A DNA stretch of 63,995 nt, counting the filler, from Lenisia limosa (taxonomy: Eukaryota; Protista; Breviatea): the NCBI GenBank assembly GCA_001655205.1. It is 10 parts of 10 records of this genome, joined end to end, with 100 filler letters (N's around TTAATTAATTAA, not from the genome) between each part and the next. Parts side by side here need not be neighbours in the genome. Positions count along the whole stretch, not along the records: positions 1 to 19,528 come from LPNZ01006965.1; 9 more parts are not named here. One strand, given 5' to 3'. Positions 1 through 11,450 of this stretch are shown here, in pieces. Position numbers and translations under genes: made by a program. Position 1 is the first letter of the stretch. Each line of letters starts with the position of its first letter. Under the pieces are notes generated by a model, which had not been told where the DNA came from, searched no databases, and saw only the letters and a list, made by a program, of their open reading frames with translations.

Positions 1-2196
1 ACCCCGGGTACCCCCCTAGTCCCTACCAGGTGCCGTTCTCCCCCCAGCAGCCCCAGTTTAACCCGGCCCAGACTACCCCATCAGCTCCGCAAATGAGCAG
101 TAACGTATGATGGATTAATGATATAACGATCAATTGATCTGAAATTGGTACCTTGTTGACAGTTTAGAAATATTGCCACTTTAATCCCCCACTGTCCTGG
201 GCTTTGTTTTGTTGTTCGTAACCCTCGTGTGTTGTCAGCCAACAAAGCTGATTTTGGGCTTTTTTTGTTTTATATATTTTCCAAATTTACCCAGTCGCCT
301 CAGATGCCGCAACAGCCTCCTGTGCCCCAACCAAAGTCAACTTCTGAGCCGGCACCCCAACCTTCAACATTCCCACAACACTCAACCACCCATCACACAC
401 CACAACCACCTGCAGAACCCCAGCCTGCGATACCGCAATATCCAGTACCACAACCTCCTCTTCCACTGCCTACAACTCGCCAGCATTCAGAGCCCCAACC
501 AATTCCCTCCCATCCTCCTGCACCTTTGCAACTCCCTTCAGCTCCTCAAGCTGAACAAGTATGCTGTACATTTAATATTAGTACATATTATGCAGTGACC
601 GGGATAAGTTCCCAAAGAAAATCGGTCAAGACTTATCCCGGTCACTGTGTATCATAACCACTGTCTTTAATGATATATTATACGCTATAGCATAAGCTAC
701 AAATGTATGATACTCGTTTTCTCATCCGACTCCCAGGCACACCAGACACCAGAGCCCCCTAAAGCGACCCAGTTCTCCAACCCTCCTCAGATCCCTACGC
801 AGATCCCCTTCAAAGTTTGAGAGATTCGAACCAAAAACTATGTTGTTTCCGCATATAGGGCTCTGCCCATTCTCTTTTTTGGTTTCTGATCGAAAGGTAG
901 TATTTATCGAGAATATATCGAACAATTCAGACAACAGTAGATTTCATAACCTAATATCACCAGCCTCCTGTCACGAAACAATTGCCGCCATCACCCCCCA
1001 AAATGATCCCTCTGTCCCCTCGAAAGTCCCCGAGTTTCAAGCCCCTTCCTCCGCCACCGGGCCGGGCCAAAAACGTCAAGCTCCCGCCGTCCATGCCGCC
1101 GCCCAAAATGTCTCCAAGAGTATGCTGAGGAGGGGTTGATGCAACTTCTGTTTTCTGTCTTACTTTGTGGCAACAAGTACCTCTTCATTTTTCAGACAAC
1201 CGTGGAGCCGCTTTTACCATCAGTGTCAGTTGAATCTGAGGTTTGTTACAATGGCTCATCGGCAATCAGTGTTCTGCTGAACTTGGCTAAAACAGTCTTT
1301 TACCCTGTAGTCCCCAAAAAGACGAATTCTTCGATAAAGTCCAGATATGTTTAGGATAAAAGACTTTGTTACTTTTATAGATATTAACACCTTTATAATA
1401 TGTTCAGAGTATTGCATAATATACATGTAGTATATATAATATATATATATATATATATATCATATAATGATATATAATCTATGATATATAATCTATATAT
1501 ATTCAGACCCAGCTGATTACACTCTCAAGTCACAACGGATCTTCTAACCTCGCAGCCTATGTCCCCTGATGAGACATCCTCTTTAGCGAAGAACCTCTTG
1601 GTTTCTCCAGCATATGGTTTGCCAGGTTTGCCTCTCCTTTGAAACAATTTACGCAGAATTGTTCCCTACGTGTAATAATATTATTATATTCCAGAGCAGA
1701 CACTAAGCTAACAATATTATCCCCCTTAGTAAAGGCAAGCAAAAACGAGTAATTTTACTCAATGTACCTGATGAAACATGAATACAACATCCTCTTATGT
1801 TAATGGTGTAATTTCCTAAGTGTAAATCAACTTCACCGCTTTACCCGTCAGCACGGTCCCCAAAGCCCCGGCGACTCAGCGATTTGGCCCTCTCAAGACA
1901 AGACTCCGAAGAACTTGTGGGTCGACAGGGAACAAGGAGGGTACTTCAGCTCAAAATGCTGTCGTTATTGTCGTTGACGTTCTAGCTCCTTCTGGAGGAT
2001 CTTCTTTCAAGCCAGGAAAGCCTGCTATCAGCACCGCAGAGAAGACGAAGACGCAGAAAGAAGAGAACTTCTTCAGGTATAACGGATAATTGCTCAATCT
2101 CTGTTAAGAGCATAATTCATTGTTTCGAAAGGCAGAATTTTGTTGGCTGATGATTTAGGGCTTTCTGAAGCGGAACTCACGGATTTTGAAATGTGA
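1..2196 (+). CDS. 5'-partial multi-exon Pro/Gln/Ser-rich hypothetical protein (could be two genes)
   Basis: Open Pro-rich segments (PGYPPSPYQVPFSPQQ; SPQMPQQPPVPQPK 295-558; LLLEDLLSSQESLLSAPQRRRRRRKKR about 1985-2076; GLSEAELTDFEM stop at 2196) bounded by GT..AG; no recognisable domain. Confidence 0.5.
203..294 (+). repeat. Repeat family D copy forming the 3' end of intron 105-294
   Basis: TTTGTTTTGTTGTTC..TCGTGTGTTGTCAGCCAAC..TGATTTTGGGCTTTTTTTGTTT..ATTTTCC matches 60826-60912 and 60612-60668. Confidence 0.8.
593..647. mobile_element. MITE family A, internally deleted copy
   Basis: CAGTGACCGGGATAAGT ... ACTTATCCCGGTCACTG terminal inverted repeat, same ends as 28823-28900. Confidence 0.75.
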
Positions 2197-2358
2197 CTGA
2201 TGTTTTATGTTTTTGTAAAGATGCTTGTGTATTCGTAATTGTGTTTCTTGATGTATTTTGTATAATGATGGTCTATTGCTGAGGGTTGAATAGTGCCAGA
2301 AGAGAGGGACTAATAAAATTGCATTACACATAAACAATAACATGAAATAATAACTAGA

Positions 2359-3976
2359 CTAAACAGCAGTAGGAGGAGCAGATATTGGGACCGAAGGAGG
2401 AACAAAAAGTTTAAATAAGGCATAGAGAAGACATATGACAGCCGCAAATACCAAGGCGCCAACAATGGACAAGAAGTAGACGAAGAACTGGACTGAAGCA
2501 TTGGTGCAGGACACGCCGTCCTTGAAGCGATACTCAATGAAGTCGCAATGGTAGGTTTGGTTCAGGGCATGGTGGCTAAGAGCGTCCTCTTTCGAATGAT
2601 CGGAATACGTTTCTTGACACTCATGATACTTCGTGGTCCCTACGTCTGTGGCGTGAGCTGTTTTCAAAAAAATGTTGAATTGAAATCAGAAGAAAGCCAG
2701 CCCAATCTGTAAGAAGCATCAAAATATTACTCTCAAAACAAAACACACCATGCAATACAAAGCCGTCATGACTTCAGTAAAACAAGGATAATTAAAGAGG
2801 CTCCAATATTGAATTATCACAATAACAAAAACCGGTTGTCCTTTTGCCACCTCCTCTCAAATGTCCCCCCTACCGCTCTCTTCTTTAAATAGTCGGACGT
2901 CGTAGAATGACCGCAACGTTGCACTGTCATCTGTGGACCATTTTGTGTCTACATTATATGCCACACAGAAGCCGTAACATTCCTCAACAAAAACTGGGAC
3001 TGTGCCCTGAAGTATCAGACTCTGAAGACAAGTTGATATATATGATATACTATACTACATATCATCCTGCACAACAACCCAGGTAGGAACTCCTAAATCC
3101 GTCTTATGCCACAGATTCAGGAGGCGCCAGAGAAATACAATAAATTTATATTATATAAGTTCCCATCTTATTGCCTTATGGCAGTATCTGCCAAGCGATT
3201 CAAGCATACCTGTGCCAAAGTAAAAACCAACGCTGCAGCTAGGAGGAAAACGAAACCCAAAATGCCAGTCAGGATGGCAGCTTTCTGGTCTGAAAGCCTT
3301 TGAAGAAACGGGCCTTTGTTGTGATGATCAAAAAAGGAAACTATCACTTTGTTTGAATTAAACCTCCAATTCAATTCTGAATATCTGTGTGATTGAAATG
3401 GATGCAGTTAGAAATAAACCCCACCAACTCGGTTGAGCATTCCTTCTTCGTCCATTTCCAACGGTTTGAAAGTGAGTGAGAAAATCAATCTTCGGTGCTA
3501 CAAACGTCATGTACACAGCAACAACAACATCTTGATTCAATTACCCTCCCTGTAATTCAAACATAGCAAACCTTCTTTTTCTTCCTCAGCCTTTGTCTGA
3601 AGCTCAACACCATCAATTTCTTCCTGCACAACCGGGTCAGCCTCGTGTTGGATTGCTGATTGGTCGGCTTCGACTGACTTGAGCTGCGGATCCGCCATGA
3701 TTGCGGTAGAGGGAGCTTCGTATCACTTATGTGATGTTCTTTTTCATAATTTGTTCTAAATGCTTGTTGATAAAGGTGGAGGAGGCTGTTCTCCCTGTGC
3801 TGATAGAGATGTGGAGAGATGAGAGGGAAATAGGGGGTAAAGGAAAAAAGGAAAATACTGGCAAAATATGAATGAAAATATTGCAACAAATCCAACCACA
3901 AAGGTGAAGAAGAATTGAAAATTGAAAATAGATAAAAATTCTTGTGGCCGAGCCATTGCCACCGCAGCTTGTCCAT
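2359..3976 (-). CDS. Multi-exon hypothetical membrane protein, two predicted TM segments around a Cys-containing loop
   Basis: Hydrophobic AAILTGILGFVFLLAAALVFTLAQ (about 3210-3280) and FFVYFLSIVGALVFAAVICLLYALF (about 2410-2485); open exon SLILQGTVPVFVEECYGFC..RWQKDNR (about 2833-3020). The 5' limit is uncertain. Confidence 0.4.
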
Positions 3977-4925
3977 TTCTTTTCGCCGCCTCTCGGGTTC
4001 TCTTTTGAGGATTTGAGATTATTTTTCACTATGATAATAAAGCGAAGCATTTAGATAGGTTCCGAACATCCCTTTTCTCTCCCCCTTTGATGTAGACCCA
4101 ATAGTTGACGTAGTCAGGACAAGACAAATTGAAGCATAATTCCATTACATCTTACGTGACAGACTGCCTCTCAGCGCTTATTGAGCAATGGAGAGTCAAT
4201 CGAGTATGTCTTGGCAGCAGTATCTTTTGCTGTTTGAGGGTGCATTTGTTGGGCTATTGAATGTAGTTTACTTAAATTTGATCATTGAATATGACATGAG
4301 ATTTGTAGAAATGAAGAAACCTTGTGTAACCATTCAGGTCCCGTATTTTGTGCTTTTTTCGGTGACATTGGAAAAGATTTGTTTCTTGTTCTGCTTCCTC
4401 CTGATGCCTATTGAGGTGTGCACGAGCTGCTGTGCAGCTTCCATAAATGACATTCGAGTCTCTCTGGAGCTTGACAGAGAAACCACCACAATGAGTAAGT
4501 TTCAATTCGTACCTTAGTTGTTTTCTGTTCTTGACTGCTCAGCATCGTTGGCAAACGGTCTGATTCTCAGACACCTGGCCAAGGCGGTACAATCTGGACT
4601 GCCTCTCGGCTCGCTTTCAACTAAATATGCTTCTCATTTTTAAGGTTTGTCAGTTATTTTACTGAAATCACCAACTCTGTTTCACCAAATGTATACAGGT
4701 TGAATTTCAAAACGTGTTCTCCAATGTTGAGATGCTGAACTGTCTCCATGTGTTGTCTTCTGCCTTTGATCGCATTCTGGATGACTGTAATATGTTGGTT
4801 TTTGCCACGTCAAAGGTACAAAATTGAGCAGAGGGGTCTTGGAAGACAAAACCAATTAAATAATAAAACACCTATTCATGTTGTTTGAGGGTTCCAATCT
4901 TTTGGAGTAAAAACCGTGTTTCATC

Positions 4926-7816
4926 CTAAACAATTAGACCCCATCCCAAAGGAGGACAACTAACCTGCACCGCTTTAGTCCAGGCCTCAGCTTCTTCATC
5001 GGTCTTGAAACGGAAGAGTATCGACCCTATTTCGCCTGTCAAGAGAACCATATTACCACCATTGGGCTGTGCTTGCATGTCTTTGAGGAATATAAACTCG
5101 ACCTGCTTGAAGAGATCCTTCTTGCTCTTTGCTGTAAACGCGCTGGACTTCTTGGGTTTTGCTACGAGGATTGCGTCATTGAAGAGAACCACCTTTCGAA
5201 GTTGCATGTTATCTGAAGTGTCACCTGGGAAAGCCGTGCGCCTTTGTGGCCACAATTGTCAAAAGGTCAAAAAGTTGATAAGTTCGGATACAAATTGGCG
5301 ATAGTGCAGAATGCCAAAATGAAAACAACAACCAACCAGGTGAGACCGCCGGTGACGATTTGTCACTCTAAAGCTGTTATAATCGGATACAGTATGATAA
5401 TATAAGACTGAAGCCGACCATCACGGAGGGGCGGCATGGGGTTACCATTTGGCATATGATACTATAGCTAAATATATATATATATATGACATGTAATATA
5501 TATTATAGCTCTATAACAACGAGTTCAATCCTTCAATGTTCATGGAATCAATATACTATAAGATATATTAGTATTATGATTTTTATTATACTACATAAGT
5601 ATGCATATGATATTGTGAAAAGTTGTTCAAGAAAACAAACTTTTTTCAAGATGGAGGTTTCCAAGACATTTTCCGAAACAAATCTACGAGTCGGTTGCAG
5701 CAGGTTCTACTCAGTCAGTACTCATAATCATGATTGTCTATTTCAACAAAATAGTACCATCACTTCTATGAAATATATCATATGCAATAAATGAACGGAG
5801 AAACCGTAACAACAAATCATATGACATATAGTATAGCATGGCTCACATCAGTTCCTTGGACTTCAAGTTGTATTCTTGACACTTCAATTTGGCTCTCGAA
5901 AATTCCCTTGGAAGCGTTGACATCGTCTGCAACAGCCTATAGAGTGAGCAAGGAAAGATTCACCTCGTTTGGGAAAGATTATCATAAATCCATGAAAAAT
6001 ACACATCATATACTATTGTAAATTGTAAAGTCTTTTTCGAATCGAAATAATCAACGAACGAAAAGATCAAAATGATACACAAAACTGTCAATATGGGCAA
6101 GATTACTCTCAAATTCCTCAAATCGAGAGGTCCGCACTTACTTTCATTTTCTCGAGTGCTTCAGCCAGAAATTTGGAATCAGGGTGCATGGATGGGGTTT
6201 TCTTTGACAGTTCCTGAGAAGTGAGAAAATTAGCTAAGCCGAAACTTTCTTTTGTATCTATTTCCCAAGAACACTAGATCACCCAACAGACTTGGAGAAG
6301 GAGAACGTAGCGAGGGATTCTCTGAATCGGCTTGATAATTTGACTCATGGGGTCCAAATTACCACTACGGGCGTTCTTCATGATTTCCTACAACTGTCAA
6401 TTTTCTTCAAATCCATCCATAATGCTTCTATCACTCCCCCATTTATTGGGCTCTTGGGGGTACAAAAACTCTTTCAAGCAAAGAGAACCCACATCAACAG
6501 CCTTTTTGTATTTGGGGGACTTTGAGCATTTTTGGATTTGCTCACGGGCAGAGTCGAAGTTGTTGGTATATGAACGATAAACCTTGAAAAAGGCAGTCTA
6601 TTTTTGTTAGTTCCAAGTTATTACAAACCAAAGGCATCAAGAAGGCTTCTCCAATGAGATTGGGCGAATCTGTGTGCCAATGTTCAATCCTGATAAATGA
6701 ATGACTACCCTCATGTGAAGTACCTTTGTTTGAGTTCGTCATAGAAATGGTGGTTATAAGCAGAGATGACACCAACAACTAAATCGTAAATTTGGCAATG
6801 TGTAGTTTTGTATGATGAAGCGATTCTTAATACCCCACGGTTGAAAAGCTGTGTCACGTCGCGGTCATTATCAACACCCGCCATGAGAGGTGTGCGGTAT
6901 ACCTGTGTTGTCATTGGTCTTGAAATAAACACCACACAATTAGACACAGGCGATGGAATAAATACCACCAGAGAGCAAGCGTAAGCGGCTCAGAGAAAAC
7001 ATGTTTAGCGAACCTCAGCCAAAACGACAAGGTCAGAACAGTAGTTCTTTTCGGTTTGAAGGAGCTCCTCAGCCACAGCCCTCCTCTTCTCTGTTTTGTT
7101 ACAATAAACAGTTCATTTCAAACGCCAACATGATCTTTCTCTTCCCACCTTCCAACGCTTCATCGAAAACATAGGTCTTGGCCCCAGCAGTCGGAGTTTC
7201 AACATCAAGAGGGAGCGATGTGAGGGTACCTGAAGCCGCGCTTTCAGAACTGAATTCATCAGCAGAGGCGAATTCTTGGTCGGGTTGGTCGAGAAGGTCA
7301 ATGGGTCGGAGAACGAACTTCGGCATTTCCTTCTCCACAAGACGTTTGTAGGTTCTGACATTTCCATTTTCATCTTCTGACTCAAAATCTTCATCAACTG
7401 TGGTCAGCTCAACCTCCTCAACATATCGATAGGTCTTAGAGGAAAGTATCCCTTTGATGCCTTCAGCTTTAATACGGAGACCAATATTTTCAGCATATTC
7501 TAAGTATATAACAAGGGAAAGAGGGCGTCGGCAATTTAGGGAAACATAACAAACCGTAAATAGGTGAAAGTCGCTGCAAATGCGCCTTTACAAATGATGG
7601 TCGAGTGTAAAATACGATCAGGGCACTCGTAGCTATCAGTGCAGTGGCATATGGAAAGACATCCATTGCTCGCATTGAAATGCAGCCAAAATATTCTAAA
7701 TTACTAATGTATACGGTCCGTAATGCTATGTGCTTTCCACTTTCCACTTTCTCAAATATACCTAAATACCAATAATGGGTAAATTAATCCCCCAAGTAAC
7801 AATAAAGGTTATTCAT
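4926..7816 (-). CDS. Rho guanine-nucleotide exchange factor (DH-PH), multi-exon; 3' end may extend to about 4650
   Basis: DH motifs KRRAVAEELLQTEKNYCSDL, FFKVYRSYTNNFDSA, QIIKPIQRIPRYVLLLQELSKKTPSMHPD; PH segment RKVVLFNDAILVAK..LFRFKTDEEAEAWTKAVQ; GT-AG introns; probable ATG at 7816. Confidence 0.88.
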
Positions 7817-8022
7817 TTTAATCCCGGGGGCGCCATTTTCCGAGAATATACCCGCCGGCGTCCAGGCAGGTCCAGGGAAAGGAAAAAGCAAAAAAGTTGG
7901 GAAAAAGTGCAAAAAAGGACAAGCAACATTTATAGATTTGTATGTTATAGAAGATAAAAAATAGGAATACTGAAACTAGTCTTGAAATACAACCTTTGGA
8001 ATGTGACTCTTTTTACAGGACA

Positions 8023-11000
8023 ATGGAGGCCTCTACTCCATTCTCAATTACTCCAAATGGGGAGCTTTCATTTCAAAATCACAGGAGTATTGGCTCTATT
8101 TTCCGACTGGTTTGCTCCCGAACCTTTGTTTCTGACTGCTTTCAGCGTGAATTGGCCGAGACCTCAGTCCAAGAACTTCAGCAAGAACTACCCGTATTTT
8201 CAAAAGTTACAACAACCAAATTTGTTGTCGAAGAAGATGTCCAGCCACCCAGTCCCCCTCAATTACCAGCACAGTCTTCTGCCCTCTCCGCCTCCATACA
8301 ACGTACCCTCGAAACAACCACACAGCCCTCCGTCATCCCCTATTCATATTCAACACCCTCCGTCTCACCAGCACCATCCTCCCTCTCGGAATTCTCCATG
8401 TTATCAGATGATGATGAGCCAAGTCGGCTCCCGTATCACACCCCAACTGTAGGGTGGGAAAGTGTTCTTGAATAAATTGTGGAGGGAGGGGAAAAGATTG
8501 AGAAAATCCTTGGAGTGTACTGAATTGAATTGAGGGTTGTAAAAGGGAGGTGGTGTTCTTCCTCTTTTGGGAATTTCTGTTTGTACAACCGAATTCAATT
8601 CAATTCTGTCCCTCTTCACATTCCTTTTTGAAATATTTTGTAAGCACTAAAGTGATGAGTACCTATTTCTTGACGTACCCCCAACAGTCCCCCCATTTAT
8701 CCCCCCAGGAACTACCTCGAGCGCTTATGGACGAAATGGCACTTTTTACCTTCAACGTCGCAATGACCACCAAAAGGAGCATTCTCAGGACTCTCGGTGT
8801 TGCTCCTATTATCGCTTTTGCTCCGCAGTATCACAACACTGAACACTGTGATCCTTCTGTGAGTGGGTATTTGAGGTCTGATGATGTCTCTTTTTCTGCC
8901 TTGTTCTTCCCTTGTTCTTCTTCTTCTTCAGCCAAAGCCACGTCATCTGGTCACCTGATTTCATTGTCCTTAGGAACTTAGCTGTAGTGTTTGTGTTGAT
9001 GATTTCTTTTCCTCGGACCGGTTCTTTGGAATGGCACGTGTCCACCCTGAACTACGAATCACCCCAGCTCGTGATGCAGTCGAAAAGGTTGGTAATGATG
9101 CCCCAATGACTTACACTGTAGACCCAGGGGAGGCTCTACCGTTCTGCTGTTGCGTCCTACCCCGTGATACCTTTCAAGCCTTGTTACTTTGAGTTTCTCA
9201 TTGAGGCTGCAGGGGTTTGTAGGGGAATGAGCCGTGGTGAAATGGGGGATCCATTTACTCTTTCAGGAAGGGAGAGGAGGTGCTTCATTTGGCTTGTCTT
9301 CATTTTGCCATCCCTTGGAGGTATTAGGGGTCGAAGCTTTTTTTTTTTGGACACTATCAAATAAGTACTTCCGTAAGTCCCAACAATACCTTTTTTTTTG
9401 TTTTGTTTTTAATTAATCATTTATAATATCGAGACTTCACCATTCTCTTCGAAACCTAAAAAAGCAAAACACGTTCATGATACAGGTGATGGTCGGAGCA
9501 ACAGGCGCCTCCATTGGACTGCATACATTTGGCTCGGTAGCTCATTCTGACTCTATGACAGCTTACACTAATAACCCCTTTATTTCCCCAGCAATGCCAC
9601 CGTTGTGTTCAAGGTTTGCATGTACTATTGTGCCAAGTTGTTCATTATACCCATTATATACATATACTATATATATATATATACTATATATATATATATC
9701 TGGTGGCCTGGGGATGGATTTTGATGCGGCGGCGGGGGAGCATCTTTTTTTACCACCAAAACTTCACGCCACAGCCCGTGCCTCCAACCGCCCTTGACTG
9801 CAGCCGAAGTCACAGCGTCCATAGCTTCCCCGACATGGAGTCGAGGGAGTCGCTCATCGTAAGTGTGGCTCTTTTCTACATCTCATCATCATACATATAT
9901 AATAGAGTTTTTTCCACAAGTGATAGGGGGCAGCGATACTGACAAACTGACACTTCAGACGACGTACTGCTGCCAGTAGTGTTTCGGTGTCTGAGACAGC
10001 CTTACCTATTGGAACCGTCATTGGAACACTTGCCATGCAAGTCATGCTGCCTTCAAAGGGTTGGTTATGGAGCATATCATTTTATATAATATAGCAATAA
10101 GAAATAAAAAAACAAGGTTGTGTCTGGCCGAAGCCGATACCAGCATGTTTATAAGATATTGAATTATAATATAATATTAATTCACCCAATCATTTGCCTG
10201 ACAACTCTGTGCACACAGCTTTCTGCGTGCCTCTCCAGCGTATTATATGATTGTAAGAGTATAGAAGTTTACTTTCACATACCATATCATAATTAAATAT
10301 CAAATGTCTTGTGGTTCCAAATACAGCACTCTTTGAGGTCCAGTTTTGGAATGCACCATTTCTTAGCACTCCTTGTTGGCCATAATGCTTGTAGACGGCA
10401 AGCTAATCAGCATTATCTTGGTGTCGTACTCTTTGAATGGCCGAACATTAATCCCACCTGAACAATCGGTGGGAGGGGTGGGTACTTCATTACATGTCTT
10501 CTTTGAATATTGCCAGCACGTTAACATCACAGGTAACTACCAAAGAAGGTCTTGACGAGTTACTGAATGACGTTGATCTTGACGGCTTTCTTCCCATGCA
10601 AACCCCGTCCCTCCCCTCACCACACGCGACAACCCAACACCCCCCTCCCCATGGCCGAAGAGGCACTCTGACATCGCTTGTCAATCCTCATGTTTGCTGA
10701 ATGATAAAGTCTATTTTGCTCTCCTCCATGCTACTTTATGTAGCTATGTACATACCTTTTTGCGCTGCATTATACTAACAGTTTGCGTATACGTTGCTCA
10801 TCCTCAGTTTGAACTTCATTATTAACGCCCAATCAGGAGGTTGAGTTCCATCCACTGACCAGAGAAACCCTTGATTTTGCTGGTATGCTAAAGGTTTCAT
10901 TGACTTTGTCCGTTGTAAAGTAGTGAATTTTCTTTCTGAAATTATAGAGATCTTGTCTTTTTAGCAAAGTCTGATTAAGAGGCCTGATTTAATTCTATTC

Positions 11001-11450
11001 AGCAAAGGGACCTGTGGACCGAAGCGGAAAGTTCAAACGAGGCCAGCCGTCTCAAGACCGTCCACCAACCCGTCCCTTTTTCTCATCTTCAACGGCCTAT
11101 TCCATTCCGCAGACATCCGCAAGTAACCATCCACATACGGTAGTCATTTCACATTTCCGCCTATTGCTGATTGCTCAGACTCGTGATGTGACATCCTTGT
11201 TATATGATCTCCTTGGTGATCCTAATAATGGTTTTTCCGCTTTCCAAACAGTTAACAAAGGCATGCTTCGACCTGCATTGTCAATTTACAAGGTATCTCA
11301 ATCAACATTTCTTGGCCTCCTGATTTTTTTTAGAATGGAATGCGAGTGCGGTCACTTTTGGAACCTGATGAGATAATGGTATGGCAGGAAGAGGAATGCT
11401 CTTGTGTATTGGCTTGCTTACAGTCCAGTTTACGTCACATCTTGGTGTGA
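8023..11450 (+). CDS. Multi-exon protein with a SPRY-like region
   Basis: Exon chain with GT-AG ends; YRSAVASYPVIPFKPCYFEFLIEAAG (about 9122-9214) and GSIFFYHQN resemble SPRY strands; last exon ends ..SLRHILV stop near 11450. May be more than one gene. Confidence 0.45.
10094..10240 (+). repeat. Dispersed repeat family C (about 150 bp)
   Basis: GCAAT..AAACAAGGTTGT.TCTGGCCGAAGCCG..ATTGAATT..AATTCACCCAATCATTTGCC.TACAACTCTGTGCACAC..TTCTGCGTGCCTC.CCAGC, near-identical to 13047-13195; TA-rich flanks. Confidence 0.9.

Noticed and set aside
2804-2833. Possible GT-TG intron in the two-TM gene
   Set aside because: An AG three bases further on gives the same frame, so the case is not diagnostic.
4545-4570. 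Apparent TGA or TAG interruptions suggesting stop-codon reassignment
   Set aside because: Every well-identified gene translates with the standard code once introns are removed, and TAA, TAG and TGA all serve as terminal stops.
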